From: Alphaproteobacteria bacterium
GTDB taxonomy: Bacteria; Pseudomonadota; Alphaproteobacteria; UBA828
Length of the DNA stretch: 64,000 nucleotides
NCBI GenBank assembly: GCA_963422645.2
Contig: CAXXVO010000017.1
Span: forward strand, 160,001-224,000
Direction of reading: 5' to 3'
Made by a program: the position numbers and the translations under genes. This document shows positions 10,726 to 21,276 of the stretch, piece after piece (positions within the stretch are counted from its first letter, which is position 1; each line of letters starts with the position of its first letter). The notes under the pieces are model-generated. The model saw nothing but the letters and a program-made list of their open reading frames with translations, had not been told where the DNA came from and did not search any database.

Positions 10726-10953
10726 GTGGCAAGCCCGCCGAAGAGCTCGAAGGCAGCGAACGAGAAGGTTCGCCGGCATCGTGTGCGCCTGCGTGAGCAG
10801 GGGCTTCGCCCCTTGCAAGTCTGGGTGCCCGACACCCGAACACCGGGTTTTGCGGAGGAGGCGCGCAGACAGTCGCTGGCCGTGGCCGCGAGCGTTCATG
10901 CCAAGGCGGACCAGAGGTTTGTCGACGCCATCAGCGAGATCGATATCGCGTGA
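10726..10953 (+). CDS. MazE-like antitoxin (DUF3018 type)
   Basis: KVRRHRVRLREQGLRPLQVWVPDTR..F.EEARRQS; coupled to downstream toxin. Confidence 0.85.
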   Translation: MASPPKSSKAANEKVRRHRVRLREQGLRPLQVWVPDTRTPGFAEEARRQSLAVAASVHAKADQRFVDAISEIDIA

Positions 10954-11276
10954 GGCGGGGTGAGTTGTGGGTCGCTGCGGGCGGCGGCGACTATACGGGC
11001 AAGCCAAGACCCGTCGTGATCGTTCAGGACGACCGCTTCGAGCATTCCAACTCGGTGACGGTCTGTGCATTGACCAGCGACCCGACCGATGCGCCGCTCT
11101 TTCGCGTCGCGCTCTCCCCGAGTCCCGAGAACGGCCTGTTCGAGGCCTGCCGGGTCATGGTCGACAAGATCACCACCGTCCGACGGGAGCGTCTGAGTCG
11201 ACGGATCGGTGCCCTCTCCGACAGGGATATGCGAAGGATCGGTCAGGCAATTCTCGTCTTTCTAGGCATCGCCTGA
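10950..11276 (+). CDS. PemK/MazF family toxin
   Basis: RRGELW...GKPRPVVIVQDD...MVDKITTV; GTGA overlap with antitoxin stop. Confidence 0.9.
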   Translation: MRRGELWVAAGGGDYTGKPRPVVIVQDDRFEHSNSVTVCALTSDPTDAPLFRVALSPSPENGLFEACRVMVDKITTVRRERLSRRIGALSDRDMRRIGQAILVFLGIA

Positions 11277-11322
11277 TGGAATGTTTGCCCCACGGGCCGG
11301 TCGTACGCCCCGGCGCGTTCGC

Positions 11323-11350
11323 TTGACAGCCTTGCGGCGGGTGCTAGGGT
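11323..11350 (+). promoter_or_regulatory. Putative miaB operon promoter
   Basis: TTGACA-N16-TAGGGT with TG extension. Confidence 0.5.
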
Positions 11351-11432
11351 CGGAGGCCTGCGAAAGGGGCAGGGAGCGGCACGATTGGCGGGTCGCGCGA
11401 CCTCCAGTGAAGCCCCGACACACGGCGAGGCC

Positions 11433-12851
11433 GTGGCGAAAAAGCTCTACGTCAAGACCTTCGGCTGCCAGATGAACGTCTACGACTCCGCCCGCATGGC
11501 GGACGTCCTGGCGCCGCTCGGCTATCGCTCGACAACGGAGATCGAGGACGCCGATCTGGTCGTCCTCAACACCTGCCACATCCGTGAGAAGGCGGCGGAG
11601 AAAGTCTATTCCGAGCTCGGGCGGTTGCGCGCGCTGAAGCAGGCGCGCCAACGGCGCGGCGGGGAGATGCTGCTCGCCGTCGCAGGCTGCGTCGCCCAGG
11701 CCGAGGGTGAGGAGGTTGCTGCCCGCGCGCCCTTCGTCGATATCGTCGTCGGACCCCAAGCGTATCATCGCTTGCCGGACATGGTGACGCGCGCCCGACG
11801 CGAGCGACGCGCTGTCGTCGATACGTCCATGCCGGCGGACTCCCGCTTCGACCACTTGCCTGAGGAGCTTGCAGGCCGGCAGCCGGGACGAGGCGTCTCG
11901 TCCTTCCTCACGATTCAGGAAGGGTGTGATCGTTTCTGCACCTTCTGCGTCGTGCCCTATACCCGGGGAGCCGAGGAGTCACGCCCCGCCGCAGATGTCG
12001 AAGCCGAGGCGCGCCGCCTCGTCGCCGCCGGCGCCCGCGAGATCGTGCTGCTGGGCCAGAACGTCAACGCCTACCACGGTGCGGCCGACGCCAACGGGGG
12101 CGAGAGCGATTTGGCGGGGTTGATCGGCCGCCTGGCTGCCATCGGGGGGCTGGAGCGGCTGCGCTACACCACCTCGCATCCACGCGACATGACGCCTGCG
12201 CTGATCGAGGCACACGGGGCCGAGCCGAAGCTGATGCCCTTCCTGCACCTGCCTGTTCAGTCCGGGTCCGACCCTATCCTCGCCGCCATGAACCGAGGCC
12301 ATGGCGCCGATCGCTACCTGCGCCTTGTGGACGCACTCCGCGCCGCGCAGCCCGAGATCGCGCTCTCCAGCGACTTTATCGTGGGCTTCCCCGGCGAGAC
12401 AGAGGCGGATTTCGAGGAGACGATGGCGCTCGTACGAGAGGTCGAGTACGCGCAGGCCTTCTCCTTCAAGTACAGCCCACGTCCAGGCACCCCGGCGGCC
12501 GAGCGCGACGACCGCGTGGCCGAAGCGGTCGCGGCCGAGCGCCTCAGCAGGCTCCAGCGCCTGCTCGACGTTCAGAAGCGGCGCTTCAACGCGAGCCTGG
12601 TGGGGCGGACGCTCCCGGTGCTCTTCGAGAGGCACGGCCGCCACCCTGGTCAGGTCGCAGGCCGCACGCCATATATGCAGTGGCTCCATGTGGAGGGCGA
12701 TGAGGCGTTGATCGGCACCGTTGCAGAGGCAATCGTGACTGACGCCTCGCCTAACGGCCTCGCAGGCATGCTGGCGAGCGGCGCGGGCGCGAGCACCCAT
12801 GGCCGCGCGGGCGCGGCTGGCCTGGGCGTTGCAGGAGTCGTTCCCGCGTGA
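11433..12851 (+). CDS. miaB: tRNA-2-methylthio-N6-dimethylallyladenosine synthase
   Basis: [20 protein letters not shown], radical [12 protein letters not shown]-terminal TRAM domain; GTG 11433 likely start. Confidence 0.96.
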   Translation: MAKKLYVKTFGCQMNVYDSARMADVLAPLGYRSTTEIEDADLVVLNTCHIREKAAEKVYSELGRLRALKQARQRRGGEMLLAVAGCVAQAEGEEVAARAPFVDIVVGPQAYHRLPDMVTRARRERRAVVDTSMPADSRFDHLPEELAGRQPGRGVSSFLTIQEGCDRFCTFCVVPYTRGAEESRPAADVEAEARRLVAAGAREIVLLGQNVNAYHGAADANGGESDLAGLIGRLAAIGGLERLRYTTSHPRDMTPALIEAHGAEPKLMPFLHLPVQSGSDPILAAMNRGHGADRYLRLVDALRAAQPEIALSSDFIVGFPGETEADFEETMALVREVEYAQAFSFKYSPRPGTPAAERDDRVAEAVAAERLSRLQRLLDVQKRRFNASLVGRTLPVLFERHGRHPGQVAGRTPYMQWLHVEGDEALIGTVAEAIVTDASPNGLAGMLASGAGASTHGRAGAAGLGVAGVVPA

Positions 12852-12865
12852 GCCGCCCTGCACCC
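12848..12865 (+). pseudogene. phoH: First six codons of phoH (VSRPAP), cut off by IS4 insertion
   Basis: GTGA overlap with miaB stop; joins in frame to 19763 after removing the element and one TSD copy. Confidence 0.85.
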
Positions 12866-13614
12866 CAATGGCATTCATTTGGCGCGAAGATTGTTCCGGG
12901 GTTTTTTTGGTGGTGTCGTAACGAGTTGGTAACTGCCCAGGTTCTTGCTGTGAAAATTCTCTGGGATTCGGCACAACGCTACCCACGCGACGCCCGTGTG
13001 CTCCTCTGGGGTCGCCGGGTTTCACAGCTCACGATGCCCCTCTTGCGGACTGCGACCGGTAAGCTACCCCGATGTGGCCCGAAGTCCGCCCGCGCGACGG
13101 GCACCGATTTTCATTCTATGGGGTGGTCCAGCACGGCGTCGACCATGATCGTTTATGAGAATGGCTCCGCTGTTGGAGAACCCGTGCCAGGTGAGCTTAC
13201 GCGCACTTGACGGTGGCGATGAGCCGATCCGATGGGCTGGTCAGGGCTTCGATGATATTCCAGCCCTGCTTTCTGGCGGTGGTGATGACGCTGCGCAGGA
13301 TGGCGAAGTTCTCGGCCCCCTGCGCGGACCGGAAGCCCCCGGAGATCTTCTGGCGCAGCTTCATCATCCGAAGGTCGCGCTCGGCCTCGTTGTTCGTGAA
13401 CCCGACCTCGAGGTCGATCAGGAACCGGAGCACCGCGCATTTGTGGTCGCGCAGCCTCAAGGCCAGATTGTGACCGATCCTTCGCTTCCGGCGCTTCTTC
13501 CTCTTGCCAGGCGAGAACGGTGGTTGGCTCTCGTGAAAGGCCAGCGCATCGGCGATGATCTCGTCGTATCGGCGCTCGATCAGCGCCACAAGCCTCGCCG
13601 GAACGGCGATATCC

Positions 13615-16128
13615 TCAGACTTCCTGACCTCGTGATGCTGGCTGTTCTGGGCAGCGTGCCGGGAACTCCTTGAATTCTGATACATTTCGGTTGTTTCAGG
13701 CGGTTTTTCGCTGGGTGTCGCGCCCGAGGTCTGATATTATAATTTGATACCAATTGCACGGTCTCAACCATGCCCAGTACCCTCCCAATGTGCCCTCCAG
13801 AGGCGGTCTCGATCGGCAACAGCTGCTTCGCCGTCCTGATCTCGGACGACACCTTCACCTACTTTTCCAACCTCATTCCCTTTGACAGCCACGCCGCCGA
13901 TGACCGCACGGCCATGCTCTTGCGGATCGGCCGCCTCGCGGCGATCAGCGCGGTCTCGCCGCAGGAACTGGCTGACGCTTTCGCTGTCTCGCGCGCGACG
14001 GTGCAGCGCGCACGACGGCGCTACCTGGCCGAGGGCGAAGCGGGGTTCATGAAGCCCCGGCGCGGTCGCGGGCCGTCGGTGTTCACTCCGGAGTTGGCGG
14101 AGAAGGCGACGGCGTTGCTGGCATCGGGCCTGAGCGGCTCTGCGGCGGCCCGGGTTCTCGGCGTGTCAGCGCCATCGGTCAACAAGTGGCGCCGTCAGGG
14201 ACTGATCGGCAACACGGAGGCGGATGGGGAGCCCGGACGCTCAGCGCTGGCTGCGCCGCCTGACGCGGGTGCGGCTCCTGAAGGCCGTGTCGATGAAGAG
14301 AGTACCGGTGCCCCGGGGCCGGAGACGGCGCCGGGGCTGGAAGCGCAGCCGCAAACGGATCGCAGCGCGCGCGATCGGCGGGACCGGCAGGCGCCGATGG
14401 GGCGTGCGACTTGCGATGTTCCGGCTCGGGTTCTGGCCAGTTGTGGACAGGCGGGGCCGGTCGAACCGCAGTTCGCCGCCGCCGCCCGCGGTGTCCGCTT
14501 CGGCGGCGTGCTCGCCGCCCTGCCGGCCCTGCTGAAGGAAGGTCTTCTCTCCGAGACCGGTCTCCTGCCATTGCTGCCGAAGGGCTATTACGGCTTGCCT
14601 ACGATCCTGCTCTTCCTGGCCTTCATGACCTTGGCGCGGGTGCGCAACCCCGAGAGCCTGCGCTACCAGGCGCCGGGCGAATGGGGCGCCATTCTCGGCC
14701 TCGATCGCTGCCCCGAGGTCAAGACGCTGCGCCGCAAGATCGCTCTCATCGCCGACGACGAGGCCGGCGTGCGGGCGTGGCAGCTCGCCCTTGCCAGGCG
14801 CTGGCAAGGCCGACGAGCCGGAGCTCTGGGCGACGCTGGCCATCGACGGGCACGTCAAGGTCTACTCCGGCCGCAAGGGGCGCTTGCCCAAGCACTTCGT
14901 CTCGCGCGAGAAGCTGTGCCTGCCGGCGAGCGCCAGCTACTGGATCAACGCTCTGGGCGGCAAGCCGCTGCTCTGTCTGCACAAGCCGCTGGACCCGAAG
15001 ATGGTCGCGGCCATCGAAGCCGACGTGGTGCCGGCGCTGCAGGAGCTTGGGATCGTTGGCGCCGGGGCGCCGGACCTGACCGCCGAGCATCCCGGCCAGC
15101 CGGCGCTCACCCTGGTCTTCGACCGCGAGGGCTGGAGCCCGGATCTGTTCCGCCGGCTGGCGAGGCGCGGCGTCGCCTGCCTGACCTGGCACAAGAACTT
15201 CAGGGGCGAGGACTGGCCGGCCGAGGACTTCGGCGCGATGACCGTTCCCATTCACGGACCGGCGGCGGACGGCAGCGCCACCATGCGGCTGGCTGAGAAG
15301 CCGGTGACGTTGCCGAACGGCTTCAGGGTGCGCCAGATCCGCCGCCTGCTCGACAACGGCCGTCAGGTGCCGCTGATCACCACCGATCCGCACAAGCCGA
15401 TGGCTGAGGTTGCGGGCGCCATGTTCTCGCGCTGGTCGCAGGAGAACTTCTTCAAGTACATGCGTGACGAGTTCAATCTCGACGCCCTGCCGACCCACGA
15501 GCTCGAGCCTCTCGATCCCGCCGCCATGGTCGTCAACCCGCTGCGGCGGGCCTATGACAAGGCAATCCATCGCCTCGACCGCCAGCTTGGCCGCCTGCGC
15601 AACCGCATCGCCGACACGGCCCGGAAGAAGCAGCCGACGGCGGAACTCAGGAGGGAAGTCAGGGACCTCCAGGATGTCCGCGACATCGTCAGGGCCAGCC
15701 GCAGGGAGACGCCCAAGCACTGCCGGGCCGGCGACCTCGACGAAGCCGAGCAGCTCGATGCCTTGCCCGCGCGCGAGCGCCTCCTCCTCGACGTCATCCG
15801 GATGATCGCCTACCGCGCCGAAACCCGCATGATGCTTCCCGTCATGCAGGCGCAGGGCCACAAGCCCCATCCCCGGAAACTGCTTCAAGCGCTGCTCACC
15901 GCCGATGCCGACATCCTGCCGGATCCTGGCAATGGCCTCCTGCGGGTCCACATTCTTGGCCTCGCAAACGACGCCTGCGACCGTTGGATCGATGCGGTTC
16001 TGAGCGACCTGAACGCCACCGAAACGGTCTTCCCCGGCACCCGTCTGCGCATAGTCTACGACATCGACGGGGCCTCGGAATCCGCGCGGCTCGTGTCACC
16101 TAAAATCAGCAGAGGTCAGGAAGTCTGA
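13615..16128 (+). mobile_element. Unclassified IS (~2.5 kb) inserted in IS66 tnpC
   Basis: 17-bp IR TCAGACTTCCTGACCTC / GAGGTCAGGAAGTCTGA; TSD TCC (or ATCCT if ends are one base shorter). Confidence 0.88.
13770..16128 (+). pseudogene. Large putative transposase with N-terminal HTH repeats, frameshifted near 14806
   Basis: Two overlapping frames; removing one A in TGGCAAGGCCGAC gives ...RRWQADEPELW...; DGH, FDREG and RWSQENFFK DDE-like motifs; stop codon inside right IR. Confidence 0.75.
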
Positions 16129-17448
16129 TCCTTGTCCAGCGCGATGCGGGCGGCGCGATTGGCTCGGCGCAGGAGCTGCTGCATCCGCCGGGCCCAAGCC
16201 TCCCCTTCGATGTCCACCAGCGCCTGCAACTCCCGCAGGTGATGGGCGTTGCACAGGCCGTGCTCCACCCCTTCCATCGCGAAGTACGGCTTCCAGTGAT
16301 CGTGCACGACGATGCCGGAGACACCCGAGAGCAGGGCGCCGCGCTTGCCGCTGACCCGGTACGCCGCCAGCAGCGGCGTGCAGATCACATGAAGCCACTG
16401 CGTCTGACCGCCGATCCGCAAGCCGGTCTCGTCCATGTGTTTCACCCGCGCCGTGCCCGCCGCCAGGTCCTGTATGTGCAAGGCCGCGTCCCGCAGCCGC
16501 TCGGCCGCCCTCTCGCTCATCGTCGCCAACGTCGCAGCCGTCACCGGCGCGCCGAAGAGCTCGGCCATCACCTGCGACAGCCGATCCTCCGGCAGGAAGT
16601 GAGCGTGCTGAAGGTAGACCGCCACCCCGGCAATGCGCGGGCCGTACTGCACCGGCGCCGACACCCCGTCGGGGAACGCCGCCCGGGTCACCGTCCCGCA
16701 ATGCCCGCAGCACTTGGCATGCGCCCGGTGCTCGGTCACCTCCAGGGGGCTCGGCTCGGGCAGATCGAACACCTGGCGGGCGACGGGCGTTCCCGCCCTG
16801 GCCGCGTCCGAAAGCGGCGAACCGCATCCCTTGCAGGAAGCCGGGACGTGATCCTTCACCCGATCCGGGTGATCGGCGCGGCGCAGCGTCTTGCCCTTGT
16901 GGCCGGGCTGGCCACCGGGCTTGCGGCCCGATTTGCCGCGCAGGCTTCGGGTTCGCCGCTTCGAATTCGGCTTCCTCAGCCCATCGCTCGAAGGCGGCTT
17001 GCCGCTGTTGCCGCTGTTGAGGCCGAGACGGCGCTCCAACTCCTCGATGCGCTCGACGAGACGCGCGACTTGCTCTTCCAGCCGCGCGTTCTGCTGCCGA
17101 AGCCAGGCATTTTCCTCCCGAAGCCGGGCGTTCTCCTCCTCCAGGCGGGCGATCTTCTGCGCGGGCGTTTCGGGCGCTGCTCCCGTCGAAGGGCCGCGCG
17201 GCGACTCGGGATTGCTCATGTCGTTGTTGAGTCATTTCCCGAAATTCCCGTCAAGCCCTTTCCACCAACTCCGAACGAGAAACGCCTCAATCCACTGGCC
17301 CAAAATGACAAATCAGACGACCTGGGCAGTTACACGAGTTGATTTCTTGTGTGGATTGTCGGTCTCGGCGTTTCCCGCACGAGGGGGATTGACCGGCGGC
17401 GTGTGCTTTGGCACACTGTGGCTGTCCCCCTGTCAGTGGAGCCGGCCC

Positions 17449-19662
17449 ATGGACCCCCGCATCACCGCGCTGAAGTCGACGACCTTTTTCGGCAGACGTC
17501 TGACCCGCCGGCAGATTGCCGACATCCAGGAGACGGTGGCGCTGTTTCCGGCGATCAGCCGCAACGAGCTCGGGCACACGATCTGCGAGCATTTGAACTG
17601 GCGCGCGCCGAGCGGGCGGAACCGTGTCGCGGTCTGCCTGCGGATGCTGGAGGAGTTGGAGCGGCTGGGCATCCTGACCCTGCCGGCGCGGGACGAGGCG
17701 CAGGTGCGGGGGCCGCAGGAGGCGATGGCCCGGAGCGAGCGGACGGCGCCGGCCGCGGCGATCGCGGAGGACCTGGCCGCGCTGATGCCGCTGCGCCTGT
17801 CGATTGCGGCGGGCAAGGAGGAGGGCGGGCTGTGGAACGAGTTCGTCGCGCGCCACCACTATCTCGGGCTGCATCGTCTGGTCGGCGCGCATCTGCGCTA
17901 TTTTCTCCTGGACCGCCACGGGCGGCCTCTGGGCTGCCTTCTGTTTGCCCGGGCGTCGCGCACGCTGCCCTGCCGCGACGAGTGGATCGGGTGGCCGGCG
18001 GAAGGCTTCCGCAAGCACCTCGATCTGGTCGTGGGTCACACGCGTTTCCTGATCTTTCCCTGGGTCCGGGTCGACAACCTGGCGTCGAAAGCGCTGTCGA
18101 TGGCGCTGCGCCAGCTGCCCGGCGACTGGGAGGCGCGCTTCGGAGCGCGCCCGGTTCTGGTGGAGACCTTCGTGGACCCCAGCCTCTTCGACGGCGCCTG
18201 CTACCGCGCGGCCAACTGGCGCTGTCTCGGCGAGACCGGGGGCGGCAAGGGCAAGACCCGCAAAAGCGTCTACGTCTACCCGCTGACGCCGGACTTCCGC
18301 TCGATCCTGCTCGAAGGCCCGCGGCCGGCGCGGCGCGGGAACAGGACACGGCCGGCAGCGCTGGCGCCGGACGATCCCTTCGTGGCGCTGTGGCAGGACC
18401 TGATCGGCGCACTGGCGGCGGTGGCCGCCGATCACGACCGGGTGTGGCAGAGCCGCCGGCGGGTCCTCGACACCCTTCTCGTCATGCTCTTCATCTTCCG
18501 GCTGGCGTTCTCGAACGGCCGCGCGGGCTACGCCACGACGCTGGCCGGGCTGTGGGAGCAGTGCCGGGTCCTGGGCGTCGCACTGCCGCAGCCGGCGCCG
18601 GTCTCGGCCTCGGCGATGTGCATGGCGCGGGCCAAGGTCGACGAGGCGGTGTTCAAGACGCTGCACGCCGAGATCCTCAAGCGCGCCGACGGCCCGGCCT
18701 GGAAGGGCCACCGCGTGTTCGCGGTCGACGGCTCCAAGCTCAACCTGCCGCGGCCGCTGCTCAAGGCCGGCTACCGCACGCCCTCCGAGGCGGCCCACTA
18801 CCCGCAGGGCCTGCTGAGTTGCCTCTACCGGCTGCACGCGAACATCCCGGTGGACTTCGACCTGGTCGCGCACGGCGACGAAAGAAGGGCCGCCCTCGCC
18901 CACCTCAAGGCGCTCTCGGCCAACGACATCGTGGTCTATGACCGCGGCTACTACTCTTGGGAGATGCTGCACGCCCATGTCGCCCGCGGCCTGCACCCCG
19001 TGTTCCGGATCAAGAAGAAGGCAGGCGCCGCCCTCGACGCCTTCATCGCCGACGGCCGCACGGACGCGCCGATCACCGTCGCTCCCGGAAAGGACACCCT
19101 GAGAAAGCTGCGCCGCAAGACGCCGCACGTCGACGCCACCCCGCTGCGCCTGCGACTGGTCCGCTACCGCATCGGCAGCACGGTCTTCATCCTCGCCACC
19201 ACCCTCCTCGACCCCAAGGCCTGGAGCGTCGCGGAACTGGCCGAGCTCTATCACGCGCGCTGGGGAATCGAGGAACTCTACAAGACCTCGAAACAGGCCA
19301 TGGCCGTCGAGGCCTTCCACAGCCAGACCGAGCGCGGCGTCCGCCAGGAGCTCTTCGCCCACTTCAACCTCATCGCCATGACCCGGCTCTTCACCAACCG
19401 CAGCAACGCAAGCCTCGACGCCGAGCGCCCTGCCGACGGCAAGCCGGCGATGAAAGCCAACTTCAGCAACGGCCTCGCCACCGTCGCGCGCAACCTCGAA
19501 GCGCTGCTGCTGCGCCATACGGCGATGGTCGCCGAAACCCTCAGCCATGTCCTCTCCTGCATCAACCAGGCGCGTCAGCGCCCGCGCCCCGGCCGGTCCT
19601 GCGAACGCAGGTCGCGCAAACCCCGCGGCAAGTGGGCACGCGCAAAGCGGGCCGTCGCCTGA
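17449..19662 (+). CDS. IS4-family DDE transposase with N-terminal DUF4338-like domain (737 aa)
   Basis: N-half HHYLG, RFLIFPWV, LVETFVDP, YRAANW; C-half AVDGSK, YDRGY, YHARWGIEELYK (YREK motif). Confidence 0.85.
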   Translation: MDPRITALKSTTFFGRRLTRRQIADIQETVALFPAISRNELGHTICEHLNWRAPSGRNRVAVCLRMLEELERLGILTLPARDEAQVRGPQEAMARSERTAPAAAIAEDLAALMPLRLSIAAGKEEGGLWNEFVARHHYLGLHRLVGAHLRYFLLDRHGRPLGCLLFARASRTLPCRDEWIGWPAEGFRKHLDLVVGHTRFLIFPWVRVDNLASKALSMALRQLPGDWEARFGARPVLVETFVDPSLFDGACYRAANWRCLGETGGGKGKTRKSVYVYPLTPDFRSILLEGPRPARRGNRTRPAALAPDDPFVALWQDLIGALAAVAADHDRVWQSRRRVLDTLLVMLFIFRLAFSNGRAGYATTLAGLWEQCRVLGVALPQPAPVSASAMCMARAKVDEAVFKTLHAEILKRADGPAWKGHRVFAVDGSKLNLPRPLLKAGYRTPSEAAHYPQGLLSCLYRLHANIPVDFDLVAHGDERRAALAHLKALSANDIVVYDRGYYSWEMLHAHVARGLHPVFRIKKKAGAALDAFIADGRTDAPITVAPGKDTLRKLRRKTPHVDATPLRLRLVRYRIGSTVFILATTLLDPKAWSVAELAELYHARWGIEELYKTSKQAMAVEAFHSQTERGVRQELFAHFNLIAMTRLFTNRSNASLDAERPADGKPAMKANFSNGLATVARNLEALLLRHTAMVAETLSHVLSCINQARQRPRPGRSCERRSRKPRGKWARAKRAVA

Positions 19663-19717
19663 ACACCTGAACGACAGAAACGCACGCAACCGACAGCGCA
19701 AGAACACGACTCCTTAA

Positions 19718-20800
19718 GTGAACAGTCGAAAACCGCTAAGTGAATGCCATTGCCCTGCACCCGGGGCGCCGGGCGAGGCCAGCGCGCAGATTAGCTTCGA
19801 CGACAACACGTTGCTGCCGCTCCTCTTCGGCGACCACGACCGTCATCTGGTGCGGATCGAGCACGCGTTGGGCGTGGTGCTGCGCTCGCGCGGCAACGAG
19901 GTCGCGATCAGCGGCCCGCCCTCTTCGGTCGCGGCGACGGAGGAGGTGCTGCGGACGCTCTACGACAAGCTGAAGCAGGGCCTGCCGATGGGCGGCGGCG
20001 AGGTCGAAGGCGCGATCCGCATGGCGATGGGGCCGGGGAGTGGGGGCGCGGTCGGCACAGCGGGCGGGCGGGCCGAGCCCGCGCTCACACTCCGCACCCG
20101 CAAGCGCCCGGTCAGCCCGCGCTCGCCGCGCCAGGCCGACTACGTGCGTGCGATGCAGAACAACGATCTGGTGTTGGGGCTCGGCCCCGCCGGCACCGGC
20201 AAGACCTATCTCGCGGTGGCGATGGCGGTCTCCCTCTACCTTGCGGGCCGGGTCGAGCGCATCGTGCTCTCGAGACCGGCGGTCGAGGCCGGTGAGCGTC
20301 TCGGCTTCCTGCCCGGCGATCTGAAGGACAAGGTCGACCCTTACCTCCGCCCGCTCTACGACGCGCTCTACGACATGCTGCCGGCGGACCTGGTGGCGCG
20401 CCGCATGGATTCGGCGGAGATCGAGATCGCCCCGCTCGCCTTCATGCGCGGGCGCACACTCTCCCAGTCGTTCATCATCCTGGACGAGGCGCAGAACACG
20501 ACGCCGCTGCAGATGAAGATGTTCCTCACCCGGCTTGGCGAGGGCTCGCGCATGGTCGTCACGGGCGACCTTACCCAGGTTGATCTCCCGGCCGGTGCGC
20601 AATCGGGCCTCCGCCATGCCGTCGCGACCCTGGAGGGGCTGCGCGAGGTCACCTTCGTCCGCTTCGGCACTGCCGATGTCATGCGCCATTCCCTGGTGAC
20701 ACGCATCCTCGAGGCCTATGACGCCGCAACCCCCGGCGATGACCGAGATCGAGATCGCGATCAGCCTCCGCGATTCGGCGTGGTCGACCGCTCTTCCTGA
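19718..20800 (+). CDS. phoH: PhoH-like ATPase (YbeZ); native start displaced, in-frame GTG now lies within IS end
   Basis: GPAGTGKTYLA, RPAVEAGERLGFLPGD, APLAFMRGRTL, DEAQN. Confidence 0.9.
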   Translation: MNSRKPLSECHCPAPGAPGEASAQISFDDNTLLPLLFGDHDRHLVRIEHALGVVLRSRGNEVAISGPPSSVAATEEVLRTLYDKLKQGLPMGGGEVEGAIRMAMGPGSGGAVGTAGGRAEPALTLRTRKRPVSPRSPRQADYVRAMQNNDLVLGLGPAGTGKTYLAVAMAVSLYLAGRVERIVLSRPAVEAGERLGFLPGDLKDKVDPYLRPLYDALYDMLPADLVARRMDSAEIEIAPLAFMRGRTLSQSFIILDEAQNTTPLQMKMFLTRLGEGSRMVVTGDLTQVDLPAGAQSGLRHAVATLEGLREVTFVRFGTADVMRHSLVTRILEAYDAATPGDDRDRDRDQPPRFGVVDRSS

Positions 20801-21233
20801 GGCCGCCGCCCTGGCTCGCCGCGCCGCCGCTGCGGCCCTGGAGGCCGCGCCCGAACTCTCCGGTCCGGTCGAGCTCGGCGTCGTGCTGGCGGACGATGCG
20901 TTCGTGCGCACCCTCAACAGGGACTACCGCGGGCAGGACCGCGCGACGGACGTGCTCTCCTTCCCCGTGGACGACCCGCCGCGCCTCGACCCGCCGCCGG
21001 GGCAAATGCCGCTCATGCTGGGCGACGTCGTGCTCGCCCGCGAGACCGTCCAGCGCGACAGCGCATCGGCCGGCGTTGGCCTCGCCGACCGGGTGAGCCA
21101 TCTGGTGGTCCACGGCGTGCTCCACCTGCTCGGCCACGACCATGACGAGCCGGATGCCGAGCGCCGCATGCGTGCGCTCGAATCCCAAACACTATTGGCA
21201 CTTGGCTTATGCGATCCCTACGTTAACCTGTGA
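20718..21233 (+). CDS. ybeY: rRNA maturation endoribonuclease YbeY
   Basis: LNRDYRGQDRATDVLSF; HGVLHLLGHDH zinc motif; start may be 20739. Confidence 0.95.
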   Translation: MTPQPPAMTEIEIAISLRDSAWSTALPEAAALARRAAAAALEAAPELSGPVELGVVLADDAFVRTLNRDYRGQDRATDVLSFPVDDPPRLDPPPGQMPLMLGDVVLARETVQRDSASAGVGLADRVSHLVVHGVLHLLGHDHDEPDAERRMRALESQTLLALGLCDPYVNL

Positions 21234-21276
21234 CAGTCCGAGTTGCCCCGCGGTCACGGACCGCGGAGGCGGAACG

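Larger units (their letters stand above)
13197..17219 (-). pseudogene. IS66 TnpC transposase split by a nested IS
   Basis: N-part 17219 to ~16130 and C-part ~13615 to 13197 rejoin to match the ORF at 47839-49335. Confidence 0.9.
12929..17333 (-). mobile_element. IS66-family single-ORF (ISBst12-like) element, interrupted
   Basis: Ends GTAACTGCCCAGG / CCTGGGCAGTTAC; 8-bp TSD ACGAGTTG at 12921-12928 and 17334-17341; matches copy at 47571-49449. Confidence 0.93.
12866..19752 (+). mobile_element. IS4-family element (native ~2.47 kb) carrying nested insertions
   Basis: Terminal IRs CAATGGCATTCA / TGAATGCCATTG; 10-bp TSD CCCTGCACCC at 12856-12865 and 19753-19762. Confidence 0.92.

Noticed and set aside
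12929-13196. ~270-bp 3' non-coding end of the IS66 as a possible guide RNA
   Set aside because: No match seen to either TSD or flank, and IS66 is a DDE element with 8-bp TSDs.
14791-14820. Programmed frameshift in the unclassified transposase
   Set aside because: It needs a +1 shift and no slippery heptamer is present; a single-base insertion or sequencing error is simpler.
17449-18320. Druantia anti-phage system
   Set aside because: Only a DUF4338-like domain fused to a transposase; no DruE-like helicase or other dru genes in the window.
17287-19707. Long antisense or alternate-frame ORFs (also 25203-27389, 49911-51563, 60500-62005 and many others)
   Set aside because: Shadows of real genes in high-GC DNA; Arg/Ala/Pro-rich with no motifs.
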